DNA of 64,000 nucleotides from Candidatus Poribacteria bacterium (GTDB lineage Bacteria; Poribacteria; WGA-4E; WGA-3G): NCBI GenBank assembly GCA_965197475.1, contig CBDANF010000003.1, positions 1,280,001 to 1,344,000 of the forward strand, read 5' to 3'. Shown piece by piece: positions 61,062 to 64,000 of this stretch (position 1 is its first letter; each line of letters starts with the position of its first letter). The notes under the pieces were generated by a model. It saw only the letters and a program-made list of their open reading frames with translations, ran no database searches and was not told where the DNA came from. The position numbers and the translations under genes were made by a program.

Positions 61062-61171
61062 TAGGACTTACGCATTTCCTATTTCCTCTTGAAGTCCCCC
61101 TTGATAAGGGGTTAAAACACTGAAAAAGCGACTTTTTACCCTCCTTATCAAGGGGGAATGCGTAAGTCCTG
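61062..61171. mobile_element. MITE, same family as 79-200
   Basis: taggacttacgca...tgcgtaagtcctg with shared internal sequence. Confidence 0.75.
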
Positions 61172-61341
61172 GTATTATAGTAAATTCCATAATTATTTAC
61201 ACATTTTTGCACCTCTCTAATTTCCCCTTGCAAAGATGGCATGCCAATTGGGGGATAAAGGGGGTAATCTTTTATGTGTAAACTTAATTGTGGATTCCAC
61301 TATAAAAAAGATTGGAACCAAGGGAAAGTAACATTGCTGAG

Positions 61342-63822
61342 TCAGAAATCAAGTGTTAGTCCAAGGTAGACGATCAATGGCAGTTGTGGTAATTCACTTG
61401 TACCCTCCTCAAGGTAGATGTTATCAGTTCCTGTGATCTCCTGTGATTCATCAATAACGATTTTTATTTTATTTTTGCGATTATATATGTTTATTATATC
61501 AAGGAATCCGCCAATCTGTGTTCCCCATAACTTCCATTTGCGACTTATCCGTAGGTCCAACTTATGGTAAGGTTCGAGTTCAACAGTGAAGTTTTCTTCA
61601 GCGGCAGCGAGGAGTGGATTCAACCCACGAGTTATCGGATCTTGAACCAGCGTAATTGAATTGACTGGCGCTTCTGACGTTCCGCTTAGATACTGCCACT
61701 TTGCACCTATCTCAAAATTCGGTGTGAAATTATAGTTTGCCACAATGCTAACAATATGTGTCCTATCGAAGAGATGTGGTTTATAGTTCGCGTCGGGGTT
61801 TTCGCGACGCTCAGCATGTGTCCAGCTATATGAAACCCAACCGAAAAACTTATCTAAAACACGGTGCCGCACAAAAGCCTCTGCACCGCCAATATATCCC
61901 GCCCCTTGATTCAGATAATTTCCGGCACTATTCTTTGTTACTAACTTATCCGAGTTTTTGTAATAGGTGGCGAGTTTGACTTCTGTTTGTGGTGAGATTT
62001 TATGTTCAATTTCCAAAATATAGTGCTGTGCAAGGCTGGATTTCAACGCTGGATTCCCATTTTCCGCCAGTATCTGATACGGTTTCGGGCTCTGTTCATA
62101 GTGTCCATATCCGAATCGAATATTAGAGCCGATCGGCAGCTCAAAATTAACGCTGCCCCTGGGTTGAATTAAGACTTCTTCTGTCAGATCCAGATAATCA
62201 AGCCTGGCTCCAAGCGCGGCAGACATGAAGGAGAAAAGGTTATATCGTCCTTGGAGATATCCCTCAGCACGAAAAAAATCGTGTCCAAATTCATCGTGTG
62301 CCTCTTTTATGCCAGTGAACACTCTCTCCGTATGAGTCCCACCCCCTCCTTGTGTACCAGTGTCTGTGCCGGGGGGTGGATTTGGATCTTTTGTCGTTTG
62401 AGTAACTTGATACTCACTATGTATTGTAACCGACTCAAATTGTGTCTCTTTACTGTCTTCAAAGCTGATGGCGGGGCTATAAGAAAAAAGGACACCAGGT
62501 TCTATTTGGAGCCTTGGGTTTAAACGGAAAGTCACATCCTCTCGAAGTGTCCATACCGGAACATTAACTCGGACTGTGTACGAATCAAATTTTGCAGTGA
62601 GAGTTATGGGATCATCTGGAAAATGTATTATGCTACCATCCCGCCTTACATCTACAGGATTACGGAATTCAACATTGAGAAAATTGGCAGAATGGGTCAA
62701 AGAAAAATCGGAGGTAAGATTATCAGAAAAATTGGAGCGGAGATGGATGCCTTGCCCCTCAAATCCGTTTTTGAAGTACATAGAAGGACTCCATATATTA
62801 ACTTCTGCCACTTCCATATTTTCCGCTCCCGGTAAATATTCGTAGTGCTCCAATTCTTCTGCCGGCGTAATTTTTGTTACCTCTCCCACAGTGTTAAAAT
62901 GGTCCGTTGCAGCAAAGGCATTCAGCGTAAGGAGATGATTTTTACCGAAAGCTTGAACAAATTTGAACTGAGAATCTGCAAAATAAGGGAAGTCATCGTC
63001 CGTGAAAAGTCCAACGATGAGGTCTAAATAGCTTCGTCGTGCTGCGACATAAGCGTATCCTTTTTTGCCGATTCTGCATTCAAGTATTCCCTCTGAATAC
63101 AGAAAATTGAGGTTAAATTTCCCACGCCACCTTTTATCAAGCCGGTTGCGCGAGTGTATGTCTAAAACATTTTGCGAATCCAACCCAAATTGGGCACCGT
63201 ATCCGCCTGCATAGACATCAACATCGTCAATAATTTCTGAGCTGATAGTTGAAAGTAGACCGCCGCCGTGGAAAGGATAACCTAAAGGTGTTCTGTCAAA
63301 ATAGTAGAGATTGGAATCTGGTTCGCTGCCGCGGATATAGAGGATACCGAGGAGATCGTTTGGTATGCCAATGCCCGGCAGCGTCGTAAGTCCACGGAGA
63401 ATGTCGTTAGCGGCACCGGGGATACGTAGCAGCTCGCTGCCGCGAATCCGTTTTCGACTCACTGTTGGTGGAAGACGATCCCCCTTTACAACAACCGTTT
63501 CGAGTTCAACGACCTCCTTGAGAAACATTTTTACTTGAATAGTTTCGTCTGACTTTACCTCAATTTGTGTTTTTGTCCGTGTTGTATACGCCTCGTGGCT
63601 TATGGATACCGTCCAAGTTCCCGGCGCAATATCTGTAAATACAAATTTTCCACTCAAATCGGTTGTTTGCTGTTGATCAATTTCAATGATTCGGACCTCC
63701 GCACCTGATAAGGGCTCACCAGTACTTTCATGCAAAACTGTTCCCTCAATTGTTCCGGTTTGGGAAAGGGCAGCTAACGGAACTCCGAAAATCAAAAGTA
63801 AAGAAAATAGGTGTTTAATCAT
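61342..63822 (-). CDS. TonB-dependent receptor with N-terminal carboxypeptidase-regulatory-like domain
   Basis: Signal peptide, GTIEGTV, LETVVV, LYIRGS plug, YHKLDLR, C-terminal F. Confidence 0.9.
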   Translation of the reverse strand: MIKHLFSLLLIFGVPLAALSQTGTIEGTVLHESTGEPLSGAEVRIIEIDQQQTTDLSGKFVFTDIAPGTWTVSISHEAYTTRTKTQIEVKSDETIQVKMFLKEVVELETVVVKGDRLPPTVSRKRIRGSELLRIPGAANDILRGLTTLPGIGIPNDLLGILYIRGSEPDSNLYYFDRTPLGYPFHGGGLLSTISSEIIDDVDVYAGGYGAQFGLDSQNVLDIHSRNRLDKRWRGKFNLNFLYSEGILECRIGKKGYAYVAARRSYLDLIVGLFTDDDFPYFADSQFKFVQAFGKNHLLTLNAFAATDHFNTVGEVTKITPAEELEHYEYLPGAENMEVAEVNIWSPSMYFKNGFEGQGIHLRSNFSDNLTSDFSLTHSANFLNVEFRNPVDVRRDGSIIHFPDDPITLTAKFDSYTVRVNVPVWTLREDVTFRLNPRLQIEPGVLFSYSPAISFEDSKETQFESVTIHSEYQVTQTTKDPNPPPGTDTGTQGGGGTHTERVFTGIKEAHDEFGHDFFRAEGYLQGRYNLFSFMSAALGARLDYLDLTEEVLIQPRGSVNFELPIGSNIRFGYGHYEQSPKPYQILAENGNPALKSSLAQHYILEIEHKISPQTEVKLATYYKNSDKLVTKNSAGNYLNQGAGYIGGAEAFVRHRVLDKFFGWVSYSWTHAERRENPDANYKPHLFDRTHIVSIVANYNFTPNFEIGAKWQYLSGTSEAPVNSITLVQDPITRGLNPLLAAAEENFTVELEPYHKLDLRISRKWKLWGTQIGGFLDIINIYNRKNKIKIVIDESQEITGTDNIYLEEGTSELPQLPLIVYLGLTLDF

Positions 63823-63863
63823 TTATTCTAATAAAAGATGTCTTGTCTAATTTTTCAGATGCA

Positions 63864-63998
63864 TTATTCAGGGTCAGAATAACGATAAATATCTCGTCCA
63901 TACGCGGATCCAAGGGTGCCCCGCGCGTAAGCGTAGGAACTTGAAGCATTATCCGCAAAAATAATGGCTGAAACAGTTGGACTCGTCCGCACTTTCAG
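63864..63998 (-). CDS. 3' end of a gene entering from beyond the window
   Basis: Open frame ...AIIFADNASSSYAYARGTLGSAYGRDIYRYSDPE-stop. Confidence 0.4.
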   Translation of the reverse strand: MKVRTSPTVSAIIFADNASSSYAYARGTLGSAYGRDIYRYSDPE

Positions 63999-64000
63999 TT

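Overview
Bacterial chromosomal window whose protein families (WD40, LRR, ankyrin and HEAT repeats, dockerin-like EF-hand pairs, an NYPNPFNPETWIPY C-terminal domain, TTWG C-terminal tails, several PhyH dioxygenases) suggest Candidatus Poribacteria; this assignment comes from family recognition, not a search. Metabolic and housekeeping genes (ggt, tsaE, korAB, a yitJ-like Hcy methyltransferase/MTHFR, SDR, glycosyltransferases, a TonB-dependent receptor) are interleaved with accessory DNA. The best candidate for an undescribed system is a DarTG1-type operon at 15513-17940 (- strand). Its DarT ADP-ribosyltransferase appears fused, across a 1-nt frameshift, to an N-terminal WD40 propeller and ends in an SSB-like tail (DDFDGDIPF), while the NADAR antitoxin ends in a beta-clamp-binding-like motif (QLSLPF). 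Other highlights: a 2.4-kb fragment with no mobility gene that cleanly splits a host gene; a 13-unit LRR array variable mainly at three codons; an IS1595-family cargo element with two structured leaders and 11-bp phased repeats; and PhyH enzymes lacking the HxD carboxylate. Several 1-nt frameshifts and in-frame stops may be real decay or assembly error. No rRNA, tRNA or CRISPR array was seen.
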